Source of the DNA: a virus
Lineage: Duplodnaviria > Caudoviricetes
Reading direction: 5' to 3' (one strand)
Length of the DNA: 37,861 nucleotides
IMG/VR virus record: IMGVR_UViG_3300044676_001128
Coordinates: 1 to 37,861 of that record
The position numbers and the translations under genes were made by a program. Each line of letters starts with the position of its first letter. Positions within the stretch are counted from its first letter, which is position 1. Positions 10,901-20,204 of this stretch are shown one piece after another. The notes beneath the pieces are model-generated. The model was not told the origin of the DNA, searched no databases, and saw only the letters and a program-made list of their open reading frames with translations.

Positions 10901-13900
10901 TCTGCTGCCCACATACGTATTTGTTCTTCACCAACAACTCTTGCAGTCCATGCACCTCTAAGAAGAATAAATGGTTTCCATGCTTTATTCATGTAACTAT
11001 CACCAAGTAAAGCTAACCAACCTTGTGTTAACTCTCTTACGCTTTCTTCATCTTTACTTAATTGAAATCTTTTTCTAGATGATTTAACCATAAGTTTTGC
11101 GTGTTGGAATATAGTTTTTTCATCTGCCATTTGTAAGTCGTATAACTCTTTAACTGGTTTAGATAAAAACTTTTCAAAGTCAGATACAACAAATTCTGTT
11201 TTATCTTCAATCTTAGCTGCTGCTTTTGCAGCTTGTGGCTTAACAACACCTGGTACTATCCTTGCCCAAAACTCTCTAGCTGGTGCAAAGACTCTTAAAA
11301 ATAATCTTGCATCTGGAAGTGGTAATGAACCTGAAGATAAATACTCTGATATCAAATGTGCTGTAGGTCTACCAACAACAGCTTCTACTTCATTAAAGTT
11401 AGCTTTCTTCATAAGCTGTCCTGTTACTTCTTCTAGGAACTCTCCATCATCTACAAGATTTTCAAAGTAATTAAGTATTTGATTAGGGTGTACTTTTGCA
11501 TCTTTGTAAACTTTAAAACCTGCTTTAGTATCAAAAGCATTTTCTTTTTGCACAAACAAAGTTTTAAGTAAAGGATTCATAGCTTCAGAATCTGTAAATG
11601 TTCTAGGTCCTGCAACGTTTACAGTTGGATATTTTTTTAACAGTGTTTGTATTTTTTGTATTTCTGCAACAGTTAATTCTTCTGCTGCGTCAATAACTAC
11701 TAAAGGTTTATTGCCTTTGACATTAGAACCTCTTTTTAAACTTGCTTTACCAGAAGACCACGCTCCACTAGCTGCATAGTTAATAGTACCAATAGAGCCT
11801 TTACCTAATGGTGCTGACTTGCTATTGTAAACTACTAATGTTATATCAGCATCATCAACATTTTTCTTAGCCCTGTTGACATAGTATTTACCTGGCAAAG
11901 GTTTTGTTGAGTAGTCATTGTTTTGAAGTTTTAATTTTTCCTTATGCAACTTTTGTAATTCTTTGACAACAGAGTCATCATTAATTTCACGTAGTCTCTG
12001 ATTCTCATTAGATTTCAACTGTTGCAGTTTTTTATTTAAAACAGCACGTTCTTTTTGTAATGCCTTTAATTCTTTTTGATATCCTATCATATCGAAATCT
12101 TCATACATAATACCTTTTTCAGGGTCAGTTCTTAGATTTCTAGCGTAGTTTAAAATCCTTGTTTGTGCTTCGTAGTTAAACTCGTTGATAACAATATCTT
12201 TTTGCGTAGTAGATAGTTCTACAGAAGTTTCTGTAATTCTTTTACCAGCTTGTGTAACACCTCTAGTTTTTTTACCTTCAAGCAAAACTCTGGTTTTTTG
12301 CAACTGTTCTTGTGCAGATAAACCCTTTTGAATTCTGGCAAGTATCTGTTCTTCTGTAGCTACAGGACTAAGTACTGAGTTTTTAATACCTTTATCTATA
12401 CCATTTAATCTAAACTCTTGTAATTTTCTTTCGTCTTGTATCTGAGTCAGTATTTTTTTAACAGTAAGATTACTTCTATTTTTCATAACTGCTGCTTGTT
12501 CTTTAGCTTTTATATTTTTATCTATAAAGTCTATTTGTCTTGCAGTGTCATCTTCTAAACCAAACTCATTTAATCTACCTGCATCTTTATCAAATCTACC
12601 TGCTTCTTCTGCAGCAACGTGATTAAAGCCAGGAGTACCAGTACCACCAGTTTCTATATCTAATTCTTTTGCAATCTTTAATGCTTCTTGTTCTGAACCT
12701 GGACCACCACCAGTTATAATTTTGTTAGGTAATATTTTTCCATCTGCTAAGTCAACAGGTACTCTTGCTGCTGATTCAGCATTTGCTAAGAAATCTTGTT
12801 TTAAATCTTCAAACTTTCTAATTCTTTTAGTTTTTTTAAAATTTGTATTGCTAAGAATACTGTCTAACAAATCTATAGTTTCTGCCATACTGAACTCAAC
12901 ATTATCTAAAGAGTTAAATCCTTTATCCATAATGTCAATCTTTTGTAAGTTCCATGCTTCTTCGCCATATGTTCCATAAAAGTATTTATTAGCTTCATCT
13001 ACGCTTGCAACAAACTTACCTATTTGATTTACAACTTCTCTAGGTAAACCTAATGCACCAAACTTTTCTTGTATGTGCCTTAATACACCACCTTCTCCTG
13101 AATAAATATCTAACATCATATTAAGTTTTTGTAATGATGCTGGCATACCTTCTAGTTGTTTAAGAGTTTCATCTTCCATAGCATCTACTACTCTATCTAA
13201 TGCTTTAGTTGCAACATCATCATCAACCTTTGCGAATTTCATAAATCCTTTTAGTTCAAAAAATGTTTCATTTAAATCATCAGTATTAATCCTTGGTGCT
13301 GGAAACTCTGAGAACAGTCTAGAAAATAAATTATTACTACCATTAAGTTTCATGTTTGTTCTTAAACCAACTGCTGCTTGTTTATCTCCGTATATAAATT
13401 TAGCTGCAGTTTTAGATAGACTTCCTCGGAACAACAATGAGTTAGGGTCTAGTCTCTGTGAAACGTTTGTTAATGGGTCTTCTACAGCATTTATAAGAAT
13501 ATTCTTTATAGCATCTTTATCGTTTGTATCTCTTAGTCTTTTGTATAGTCTTGCACCACCTGCAGATTTTTCTGTAGCTAACTTACCTTGTCTACCTAAA
13601 AGTATTTCTACTTCATCATAGGTTTTAGCATCAGCAAAAAGTTGAGCTATGTCATCTCCTGTTTTAGTTTCTAAGAAATATTGTTTAGCTGTAGGTACTT
13701 TAACTGTTTTTCTAACAACTTTATCTAAAAGTCCTGCCTCTGCTTTAGCTGCAGTCTGATTAAAACTTCTAGCTGCTTTACCAGCTTTAGCAAATCCCAT
13801 ACCTACATAGTTAGCTGGGTCAGTAAAAACTGTGTACGCTGCATCAATAATACCTGACATAAGATTGAAACTTCTTGTTCCTGGTTCAAATACTTCTACT

Positions 13901-14661
13901 GCTGCAACTCTACCTGGAGATAATTTAACTACACCTTTTCTTCCTCTGTATGTTCCTGAGCTACCTTCTCTAGATGACATCTCTTGTTGTGAAATAGGTG
14001 TGCCGTAATACTCTTGAATAATTTCTTTTACTTGGTCAGGGTTAGCACCTCTACCAACAAGTTCTTTATATATCTCTGTATCTTCTGCAACTGTAGAGTT
14101 ACCAAAGTAACCTTCTCCTAAGTTAACTTTCTTACCTTCACGTAATTGGTTTATAGCTCTAGTTGCAAGAGTAGGACCTTGTTCTTTAAAAGATTTTGCT
14201 ATCTCATCTCTACCTTCTGGGTCAAGTAAAGGCATCAATGTTCCTATACCTGAAAAAGCTAACAATGGATTCATTTGTCTTTTGCTGTAATATTTCATAT
14301 TGGCAGTTCCATACTTCTTAACAAACTGTGAAGCAGACTCCATACCAACAACTGCAGACCTAACTACACCTCTTGTTGCTGCTTTTGTTGATTCCCACCA
14401 ACTTGTTTCTTTTTCTAAGAACCTATCAACGATAGCTGTAAACTCTGGAGAGTCTGCTGTAAGTCCACTTAATGCACCTGCTACTTGTACGTCTTTAGGT
14501 AAGAAACCAAATCTTCTAGATATCTCTGCCATGTTTTGTGGAACAGAGGGATTGTTAATAAAAAAGTTATTCAGTTGCTCTGATTGTGCTAAAGTTTCTT
14601 TTTTAAAATCTTCCCCTTGGTCATCTTCCCAAGGTGCAGAGAAGTTCCATGTCCATGCCAT
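7957..14661 (-). CDS. Giant internal virion / polyvalent protein containing a split SLOG (MoCo-carrier/cpYpsA-like) domain
   Basis: 2234 aa; SLOG motifs KIITGGGPGSEQEAL...ETGG, RAKKNVDDADITLV, KPLVVID, VNVAGPR; position after portal as for podoviral ejection proteins. Confidence 0.7.
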   Translation of the reverse strand: MAWTWNFSAPWEDDQGEDFKKETLAQSEQLNNFFINNPSVPQNMAEISRRFGFLPKDVQVAGALSGLTADSPEFTAIVDRFLEKETSWWESTKAATRGVVRSAVVGMESASQFVKKYGTANMKYYSKRQMNPLLAFSGIGTLMPLLDPEGRDEIAKSFKEQGPTLATRAINQLREGKKVNLGEGYFGNSTVAEDTEIYKELVGRGANPDQVKEIIQEYYGTPISQQEMSSREGSSGTYRGRKGVVKLSPGRVAAVEVFEPGTRSFNLMSGIIDAAYTVFTDPANYVGMGFAKAGKAARSFNQTAAKAEAGLLDKVVRKTVKVPTAKQYFLETKTGDDIAQLFADAKTYDEVEILLGRQGKLATEKSAGGARLYKRLRDTNDKDAIKNILINAVEDPLTNVSQRLDPNSLLFRGSLSKTAAKFIYGDKQAAVGLRTNMKLNGSNNLFSRLFSEFPAPRINTDDLNETFFELKGFMKFAKVDDDVATKALDRVVDAMEDETLKQLEGMPASLQKLNMMLDIYSGEGGVLRHIQEKFGALGLPREVVNQIGKFVASVDEANKYFYGTYGEEAWNLQKIDIMDKGFNSLDNVEFSMAETIDLLDSILSNTNFKKTKRIRKFEDLKQDFLANAESAARVPVDLADGKILPNKIITGGGPGSEQEALKIAKELDIETGGTGTPGFNHVAAEEAGRFDKDAGRLNEFGLEDDTARQIDFIDKNIKAKEQAAVMKNRSNLTVKKILTQIQDERKLQEFRLNGIDKGIKNSVLSPVATEEQILARIQKGLSAQEQLQKTRVLLEGKKTRGVTQAGKRITETSVELSTTQKDIVINEFNYEAQTRILNYARNLRTDPEKGIMYEDFDMIGYQKELKALQKERAVLNKKLQQLKSNENQRLREINDDSVVKELQKLHKEKLKLQNNDYSTKPLPGKYYVNRAKKNVDDADITLVVYNSKSAPLGKGSIGTINYAASGAWSSGKASLKRGSNVKGNKPLVVIDAAEELTVAEIQKIQTLLKKYPTVNVAGPRTFTDSEAMNPLLKTLFVQKENAFDTKAGFKVYKDAKVHPNQILNYFENLVDDGEFLEEVTGQLMKKANFNEVEAVVGRPTAHLISEYLSSGSLPLPDARLFLRVFAPAREFWARIVPGVVKPQAAKAAAKIEDKTEFVVSDFEKFLSKPVKELYDLQMADEKTIFQHAKLMVKSSRKRFQLSKDEESVRELTQGWLALLGDSYMNKAWKPFILLRGAWTARVVGEEQIRMWAADLDNVFTHPLSAFAWIMGKNRKQVINQIGDYENLNIDTLIAKGQFGIRDNGVLGEALEHQASMSKSHGGILDTDKIKRTWAMKQVKYGEEGFTGSAASEIYQLVDDPIAQALAAVKGGVDDPAFRAGLQDVKDRFWEGDLSDWRTALAYGSDEAGKYQKIKILKDRQWADDYIDSVFARVHYKTGGAYKVYEILPDGTRRLFDDVIGQTRTRKSAQSRIEFELIETGDSELLSHIAKGAELDRVAQQGGPPVYLTIGDEQITFGRNGTIADKKKYQAYLGRLDNKKNIYKPYHTMKKSVYDMDGERINSYDAAIERLFSIVMSAPTNRLSRSPAFRQFYWRFIEENIAYFDDGLRNQIKQQAKASKLDNSFIKKLEKTGKVTADEGKLLNLDSLDELDNVAKAYAMTETKGLLYDLNKRHVVSDMLRLAFPFAEVYIEILGTWSRLLNKKKFLMTRKISRGIEGGRKLSLDDDDEGFFHTDEMTGEEMFFFPGSEMLSNYMFDGNKDSRTVTNPVTGETIQAPDAKVNLKGYVSSLNMIAGNPAPGLGPLVGIPASKILPKNDLIDKVFFPYGREEDSPLNPYTFADALVPSWLKKALSIGSNNAELNRTYANTYKDVIKMFVTTGLYDDSTPAKAKQAMEKAQDTATTLTLLRSLIQFAAPTGAVIRYEVEVAPGGAIHIDPAKTKDEDPKHHFYGISVLADAYYRILSKYRGDQIKATTEFVNQFGLDPTALLVSKSKEIKKRSYTEEGTRFYEDNKEFMDTYPDVGYFLFPDNPLDEFNFVAWADSFAERDRVDLSQEEYITAVRQSQGRLAYEYQRRLLFDSGIHNNLSGERKYQILTELRNALRLEYPGYGTVSTAAKSIDSDAKLRELEYMLANEGNATIQLPNGDTTLLKDLPTMQGLSVYLEERNKILSIIKQKDGIRATLRRDEYSYFRNSLRQLAQQLFSQYPDFYYVYDDVLRYEVEEEFSDVFTSGEGY

Positions 14662-14663
14662 GG

Positions 14664-15023
14664 TTATTCTATCTCTGGTGCTGCAGACTCATCATCCATT
14701 AAAGCTAGTATGTCTTTACTCTGTAGTACTGCATATAATTTTCTTAATGCCATATTTGCATCTACTTGTGGTAAACCACTAGCAGTTTTGTATTGGCTAG
14801 TAGCTACATCTTCTCCAGGATTATTTGTTTGCGTATAAATACCTTGCTGTGCATTTAAAAAGTTTTGTGTTGCAGGTGCATTAACTCTAGGCACACCTTG
14901 TGTTTCTCTAACTTCTTCTTTAAATAACTCAGCACTATCTTGCAAGTTACCTAACTCTACACCTTGACCATATGATTCTGATTCAAATTGTCCTTTATTA
15001 GTTTTAGGATTAAAACGAGCCAT
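14664..15023 (-). CDS. Portal-adjacent hypothetical virion protein
   Basis: GGAG RBS precedes ATG at 15023/15026 (MARFNPKTNKG...SYGQGVELGNLQ), preferred over the 15041 start. Confidence 0.6.
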   Translation of the reverse strand: MARFNPKTNKGQFESESYGQGVELGNLQDSAELFKEEVRETQGVPRVNAPATQNFLNAQQGIYTQTNNPGEDVATSQYKTASGLPQVDANMALRKLYAVLQSKDILALMDDESAAPEIE

Positions 15024-15243
15024 CATCAACTCCAAATCCATCTCTATATTTAAAATCTTCTGGAACTATTAATATATCTATTCTTCCTAAATTAGGAATA
15101 AAAGCAACTGTCATAATATCTATGATTCCGTTATCTTGTCTTTCCAATGCTTCTGATGTAACGTCCCACATAGGTTGTTCTTCTATGGTATAGTTTGCTG
15201 CTACTATCTTTGCAAATTCTATGTTAATTTCATTTTTAGCCAA
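15010..15243 (-). CDS. Hypothetical protein
   Basis: 77 aa, AGGAGGAG RBS, overlaps portal stop. Confidence 0.6.
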   Translation of the reverse strand: MAKNEINIEFAKIVAANYTIEEQPMWDVTSEALERQDNGIIDIMTVAFIPNLGRIDILIVPEDFKYRDGFGVDDGSF

Positions 15244-16954
15244 CCGCTCCTCCTAACAAAGCCGCTAAGTTTGGTGGACCTGACTGTTGTGGTACACCCT
15301 GTTGTTGTAAGACAGCTTGTTCTTCTGGAGAAGGTTCTTCACCTTGTGCAGTAAAGTACTTCTCTAGAATACTTCCAATATTTTTTGGATTATTGTATAT
15401 CTCTACAACAGCCATCATTGCAGCTTTATCTCCTGATTGAGATTGCTGTAACAAAGTCTGATATAAAATATCTTCTGTCTTTTCTTTTACAATGCGTTCG
15501 TTAATTTGACTAAGGTTTTCTAAACCATCCATTTCTTGTTGGAAAGTTTCTTTATCAATTATTCCAGCTTGTAAAAGTTGCAACCCTGTAATTATTTTAT
15601 TAGGAGCATCAAAAGAAGCCATAGCTCCAAACTTACGATTGGTTGTGTAATTCTTGTTTATATCTACACTTGGTGTGTACTCTTCTGCAAATGATGCACC
15701 TTTGTATGTACCACTAATAGGTTTTCTTTTTTTATTAAAAAGTACTTCATCTAGTTCTAATCTTTTACTATCTATTTCTTGTAAAGCATTTTCTATTATT
15801 GTGTGATACTCAGTAACCATAGCTCCAACGCCAGATTCCAGTTCTTCCAGACCTCTACCAGTTACAAATGAGTTGGGTGATATAGAGTCGTCTTGAACTG
15901 GATATCCAGCAACAACACGTAATTGTCTTTCTAATCTACCTACAGCTTCAAATAACTGATATGGCAGGTTAGTAACAGGTTTTATAACTTGTGAACCTGG
16001 TGACAAATAGTTAATAGAGTTTCTACCTTTTCTGTATTGTCCTGATTCTATTTCTCCAACCACGTTTGTTTCTGTAAAGACTGCATCTTCCATAGCTATA
16101 ACAGACAAAATGTTTATCTTTGCCATAGATGACATCAAACCTACTACTTGGTCAAACTGTCCTTGTAACTTGTCAAAAGAATATCTTTTAGCTACAACGA
16201 AAGCTGGACCTGATTTAAGTGGATTAGGTACGAAATCTATAATTTTTCTAGAAGCCATGTGTAAAACGTAAGTTCCCTCTAGATTCATGTATTCAAGTAT
16301 TACGTCTCCTGCTTCAGCATTGTTCTCCCAAGAAGTATCAGAAGACACGTTAAGGTACGAGTCTCTAACTTCATCACCTTGTGATTCAAACCATGATTTA
16401 AGTTCTGGGTACATTTGCAATAATTGTTTAATAGGTACTTTCTGTACTATTGCTAATTCATCTGGAGATTGATTATTACCCATATATCCAGGAAAACAAT
16501 CATAAGGATTTCTAAGTTCTGCGTATGGATAGATATTACCATCAGGGTCTATTTTTGTAGTAACAACCCATACTGCAAATCCATAACCAGGTAGCCATCT
16601 AGCTACTTGTGGTAATTGCATTTTAAGATTTTGCATTTTATCGTATGCAGAAATAATTCTCTCTAGCTTATCTTTTTTAGCTTTGTTTCTTTGAGAATCT
16701 CTACCATTAGTTATAGATACGTCTAATGAAGGAACTTTACCTATTTTTTGTGCAAGTCTGTCTAAAGCAGATAACATTAGGTTAGGTGCTGGTAATGTAT
16801 CAGAATCTAGTCTGTCCATTCCTGGTCCTAGTAACTGTCGTATACCATCTTCACCACCATTAAGAATTGCACGAAATCTTGCTCTATCTATTAAAGCATT
16901 ATCGTGTGACTTCTTTAAGAACGTAGCTCTATCTATTATCTGGTCTGGTGTCAA
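15236..16954 (-). CDS. Portal protein
   Basis: 572 aa directly after terminase, TTG start with GGAG RBS, Gln/Pro-rich C-terminal tail typical of podoviral portals. Confidence 0.8.
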   Translation of the reverse strand: MTPDQIIDRATFLKKSHDNALIDRARFRAILNGGEDGIRQLLGPGMDRLDSDTLPAPNLMLSALDRLAQKIGKVPSLDVSITNGRDSQRNKAKKDKLERIISAYDKMQNLKMQLPQVARWLPGYGFAVWVVTTKIDPDGNIYPYAELRNPYDCFPGYMGNNQSPDELAIVQKVPIKQLLQMYPELKSWFESQGDEVRDSYLNVSSDTSWENNAEAGDVILEYMNLEGTYVLHMASRKIIDFVPNPLKSGPAFVVAKRYSFDKLQGQFDQVVGLMSSMAKINILSVIAMEDAVFTETNVVGEIESGQYRKGRNSINYLSPGSQVIKPVTNLPYQLFEAVGRLERQLRVVAGYPVQDDSISPNSFVTGRGLEELESGVGAMVTEYHTIIENALQEIDSKRLELDEVLFNKKRKPISGTYKGASFAEEYTPSVDINKNYTTNRKFGAMASFDAPNKIITGLQLLQAGIIDKETFQQEMDGLENLSQINERIVKEKTEDILYQTLLQQSQSGDKAAMMAVVEIYNNPKNIGSILEKYFTAQGEEPSPEEQAVLQQQGVPQQSGPPNLAALLGGAVG

Positions 16955-16955
16955 T

Positions 16956-18863
16956 TTAACTCCATGGTATCTCGTTTAAGTCTAGCATACTATATCCTTC
17001 ATAACTAGGAGTGTAGTCTAAACCTATTTCAGCGTAGGTTAACTTTTGCAAGTTCCTGATTACTTTCATTGGAAACCAGCTTGCCATAACTATATCACTT
17101 TTGTAAGAGTTTTTATTGCCTTTTGATGCAAAATAACTTAACTGTTTTGTATAGGTAATACTTTTAGTTTGTGCATCTATACCTTGAAAAGGTAGTTTAA
17201 TCTTTTTGTCTTGAAACATAGGTGCTAATGCTGTAACACCAAAACGTTCATCCCATTTGTTTTTATGGGTTTCATGTCCTTCTAACTTAATTCCATGTAG
17301 ATTTGCATACTCTCTAGTCTTTTCATCTTGTCTTATAGCTTTTTGGAAACCATTCTCTTCAATAACCCAGTGGTAGCATCCGTACATTTCAAACCATTTC
17401 TTTATAAGGTTTCTTGCTTCTTCTAGCCCACCACCTTGATGATTCTCCATATCTACCATAGTTAATTTAATATCAGAGTTTGTAGTTTCTACAGCCCATA
17501 AAAATCCTGCTTGATAACCTGTAGCAGCAGGGTCTAGTCCTGCAACTAAGTATGCACCATTTGGTATTTCTCCTATATCCCAGTTTGGGTCATAACATAG
17601 TTTTATTACTTCAGGATTAAACAAAGATAAACCTTGTGCTTGTGCTTTATTAAGATAAACCATTTCAAATCTCTGTAAACCACCTGTTGTTTGTGCATCA
17701 CGCTTTCTATCCATTAACCATTTGAAAGTACGTTTGTCTGCCCACAACATACAGTCGTTGTGTTCTTTCTCTTCAAACTCTGGAATTGTACACATTGAGT
17801 CATGTGCTTCTTCTACTATTGTCTCCCATGCTTCATTCTCTAATAATGCAGAATATAAATCATCTGGATGTTGTCTTGAACCAATAACAACCATTGCTGT
17901 ATGTTCCTCTTTTCTAGAACCAAGTGTTGTAGTCCACCAGTTTTTGGTATTTCTTCTAGATGCAGGTTGCATAGTTGATGAGAAATCTTCAATGTCATCA
18001 GCAATAATTATGTCACAGTCACGTGATAGAATCTTACCACCTCTACCAATACCAACCATTGTTGGTGACTTAATACCTGAAACTGTTCTAGTTGCAACAG
18101 TAAATCCATTTTGTGACCAAGATTTACCAGTTCTTGATGAAGGTTTAAATGTACCGCCTGGTCCACAGAAATCCTCTACAAGTTTTTCATTAGAATCTAA
18201 TGTATCCATAACAGAAGAGATAGCGTTTCTAGAAATATCTTCGTTACCACCAACCCATAATATTCTTATGTTTGGATTTCTACAGATAAGCCAGATAACA
18301 AAATGTATTAGAAGTTCTGTTTTACCATGTCGTGGTGGGCTAAGTATCATTTGTTGTCCACCATTAAGTAATGCTTTATTAATTGATGTAATCCATTCGT
18401 GATGAAAGTCTGCTGTTTCAAAAGGTACACCTAGTTCTGTTAAGAAATACCTATCTCTAAAATCTTTAAAGTCTTTAAGTGCTTGTCTAGCATCATCTGA
18501 TACTTCCCAGTTTTCTGATACTACTTGTGTTTGTAAGTCTTCTCTATATGCAGCTAACATTCTAGATATTTGTGCAGTAGAACAACCTAATGCTTCTGAT
18601 GCTTCTTTAGAAGTAATGTTTCCATCAACAACATCTAGTGCATAACTTTCGTCTACAAATTTTCTATATAGACTACCTCTTCTTATAGTTGCAGATTTAG
18701 GTTGATTAAGTTCTTTTACAGGTGATACGTATTCTTCACCTTTTTTCTTAGCTCTATAGATTCTCTGTGATTCTCTTTTATAACATCTAGTAGAACAATA
18801 CTTAGTTGCGTTCTCTGGTAATGTTTCGTTGCAACCTTCTGAGATGCAAACTATATTTACCAT
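16956..18863 (-). CDS. terL: Terminase large subunit with N-terminal Zn-finger and HTH extension
   Basis: Walker A SPPRHGKT, Walker B IIIADDIED, motif III VIGSRQHPDDLY, RNase H-like GLDPA and IEENGFQ, C-terminal SDIVMA. Confidence 0.92.
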   Translation of the reverse strand: MVNIVCISEGCNETLPENATKYCSTRCYKRESQRIYRAKKKGEEYVSPVKELNQPKSATIRRGSLYRKFVDESYALDVVDGNITSKEASEALGCSTAQISRMLAAYREDLQTQVVSENWEVSDDARQALKDFKDFRDRYFLTELGVPFETADFHHEWITSINKALLNGGQQMILSPPRHGKTELLIHFVIWLICRNPNIRILWVGGNEDISRNAISSVMDTLDSNEKLVEDFCGPGGTFKPSSRTGKSWSQNGFTVATRTVSGIKSPTMVGIGRGGKILSRDCDIIIADDIEDFSSTMQPASRRNTKNWWTTTLGSRKEEHTAMVVIGSRQHPDDLYSALLENEAWETIVEEAHDSMCTIPEFEEKEHNDCMLWADKRTFKWLMDRKRDAQTTGGLQRFEMVYLNKAQAQGLSLFNPEVIKLCYDPNWDIGEIPNGAYLVAGLDPAATGYQAGFLWAVETTNSDIKLTMVDMENHQGGGLEEARNLIKKWFEMYGCYHWVIEENGFQKAIRQDEKTREYANLHGIKLEGHETHKNKWDERFGVTALAPMFQDKKIKLPFQGIDAQTKSITYTKQLSYFASKGNKNSYKSDIVMASWFPMKVIRNLQKLTYAEIGLDYTPSYEGYSMLDLNEIPWS

Positions 18864-19126
18864 TTAACTTTGTCAGCCCAATAGGCTGCAGACATTTTTC
18901 CTTTTTTAATATTCTTAGCGTGTCTAGCTTTGAAAGATTTTCTTCTAGCTTTCTCTTTAGCTGTTTTAGGATTCTTCCCTGCACCAGATACACCTTGCTG
19001 ACCAAATCTAATTAGTTTAACTTTGTCACCTTCTTTTGCTAATACAGCGTGTGACTTACTTGCTTTAGGTGTTCTTTTCGGTTTGTTATAACCTGCGAAT
19101 CTTTCGCCTCTATATACTATAGCCAT
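18857..19126 (-). CDS. Basic small protein (DUF5754/DUF6321-like)
   Basis: Motifs KLIRFGQQG, ARRKSFKARH, SAAYWADKVKW of a widespread aquatic-virus family; family name from recall. Confidence 0.65.
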   Translation of the reverse strand: MAIVYRGERFAGYNKPKRTPKASKSHAVLAKEGDKVKLIRFGQQGVSGAGKNPKTAKEKARRKSFKARHAKNIKKGKMSAAYWADKVKW

Positions 19127-19317
19127 TACTTCTTTTTCCTTACTGCTCTAGATTTTTGTACAGCTTTTAAATTTATGTACTTACCTTCTTTATAAAGTTT
19201 AGCAGTTCTTTTTATCTCAGATGCTACTTTAGATTTAGGGTTCTTCTTATTCTTTAAATACTTAGCAGGTACACCTTTTTCATAAGGTACTTTACGTTTA
19301 CTTTTTTTTGCTTGCAC
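19126..19317 (-). CDS. Lys-rich small protein
   Basis: Likely GTG start at 19317 (63 aa: ...GVPAKYLKNKKNPKSKVASEIKRTAKLYKEGK); upstream part of the listed ORF only shadows the previous gene. Confidence 0.55.
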   Translation of the reverse strand: MQAKKSKRKVPYEKGVPAKYLKNKKNPKSKVASEIKRTAKLYKEGKYINLKAVQKSRAVRKKK

Positions 19318-19558
19318 TTTTACGCTTCTTCTTAATATCGTTATCTTGTGAATGTCCACCCTTAATAAAACTATTAACTCTACCCATAGCCCATGCTTGC
19401 ATAGATGCAGATTTAGAACCTGAAGACAAGTAAGCACCTTGTCCACGTCTGTAAACTTGTGCTAGCTGTCCGTAAGTATATTTAGACTTAGCTGCTTTAC
19501 TCTGTAAAGTTTTCTTTGTACTTGCATTAATAGGTTTTCTAGCAGGTTTTTTAGCCAT
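19298..19558 (-). CDS. Basic small protein (DUF5824-like C-terminal motif)
   Basis: LAQVYRRGQGAYLSSGS...AWAMGRVNSFIKGG resembles the VYxRGxxA...WxxARVxSF motif; GGAGG RBS. Confidence 0.65.
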   Translation of the reverse strand: MAKKPARKPINASTKKTLQSKAAKSKYTYGQLAQVYRRGQGAYLSSGSKSASMQAWAMGRVNSFIKGGHSQDNDIKKKRKSASKKK

Positions 19559-19779
19559 TACTCTTCCTCCATAGATTTTTTAATCTCCATCATAGTTTGC
19601 ATATTTTCATTATAGTCATCAACAAACGATTCTATTAAAGCATCTACTTTGCTTATGTTAAGTTTTTTATTTACTAACCTACTTCCACAAGCATCAGATA
19701 AATCCATAGCCCATTCTTTAAGCAGTATATCGCTAGTAAAAATATTACGTCTTTTTTTAATTCCACCTTTTTTAGCCAT
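19558..19779 (-). CDS. Hypothetical protein
   Basis: 73 aa, basic N-terminus, acidic C-terminus, coupled to next gene. Confidence 0.65.
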   Translation of the reverse strand: MAKKGGIKKRRNIFTSDILLKEWAMDLSDACGSRLVNKKLNISKVDALIESFVDDYNENMQTMMEIKKSMEEE

Positions 19780-19780
19780 G

Positions 19781-19855
19781 TTAGTTCATGCCTCTTTTAC
19801 TCTTCCTCGTGGATGGGTAACGTGTTTTTTTCCCGGTTTTGCTGTACGGCATCAT
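19781..19855 (-). CDS. 24-aa basic microprotein (MMPYSKTGKKTRYPSTRKSKRGMN), not in ORF track
   Basis: GAGGAG RBS, upstream TATAAT at 19872-19877 (minus), stop 1 nt before the next ATG. Confidence 0.6.
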   Translation of the reverse strand: MMPYSKTGKKTRYPSTRKSKRGMN

Positions 19856-19982
19856 ATCTCCTCAGTTTTAAATTATACTGTGTACACGCTAAATTCTTGC
19901 AAGCCTTAAATTTCCTAAAAAACTTTAACGGCATATTACAAGAATTGCATATTTGTATCATTATGATATCATAACAGAACTC

Positions 19983-20204
19983 ATGCAGGATAAAAAGATT
20001 GAAAAAAAAGCCAGGCAGGTTGCTCTTAACTTAGAACAACTTATGGCTCGCGTAGATTTTAAATATAACAGACACCAACCTTGTTTAGTATGTTCACAAC
20101 AATACAGACATCACATTGATGGTTTACCTTGTGAATCAGATAACAAAAGAAAAACTATCGTAAGACTTGATAAGTGGGGTAATATACGCCCTATGACTAA
20201 GTAG
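19983..20204 (+). CDS. Small Cys/His protein (CxxC...HH...C), lone plus-strand gene in late arm
   Basis: ATG 19983, 73 aa, fills the gap exactly, convergent with the SET gene. Confidence 0.55.
   Translation: MQDKKIEKKARQVALNLEQLMARVDFKYNRHQPCLVCSQQYRHHIDGLPCESDNKRKTIVRLDKWGNIRPMTK

Noticed and set aside
7957-14661. Tape-measure protein or virion RNA polymerase call
   Set aside because: No tail tube or tail chaperone genes and no tape-measure repeats; no polymerase catalytic motif recognised.
14300-14838. 160-aa and 73-aa plus-strand ORFs
   Set aside because: Antisense to well-supported late genes, no independent signals. The same applies to the other short antisense ORFs in the track.
17722-18402. 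226-aa plus-strand ORF
   Set aside because: Antisense shadow of terminase; Ser/Ile-rich, no RBS, explained by codon bias.
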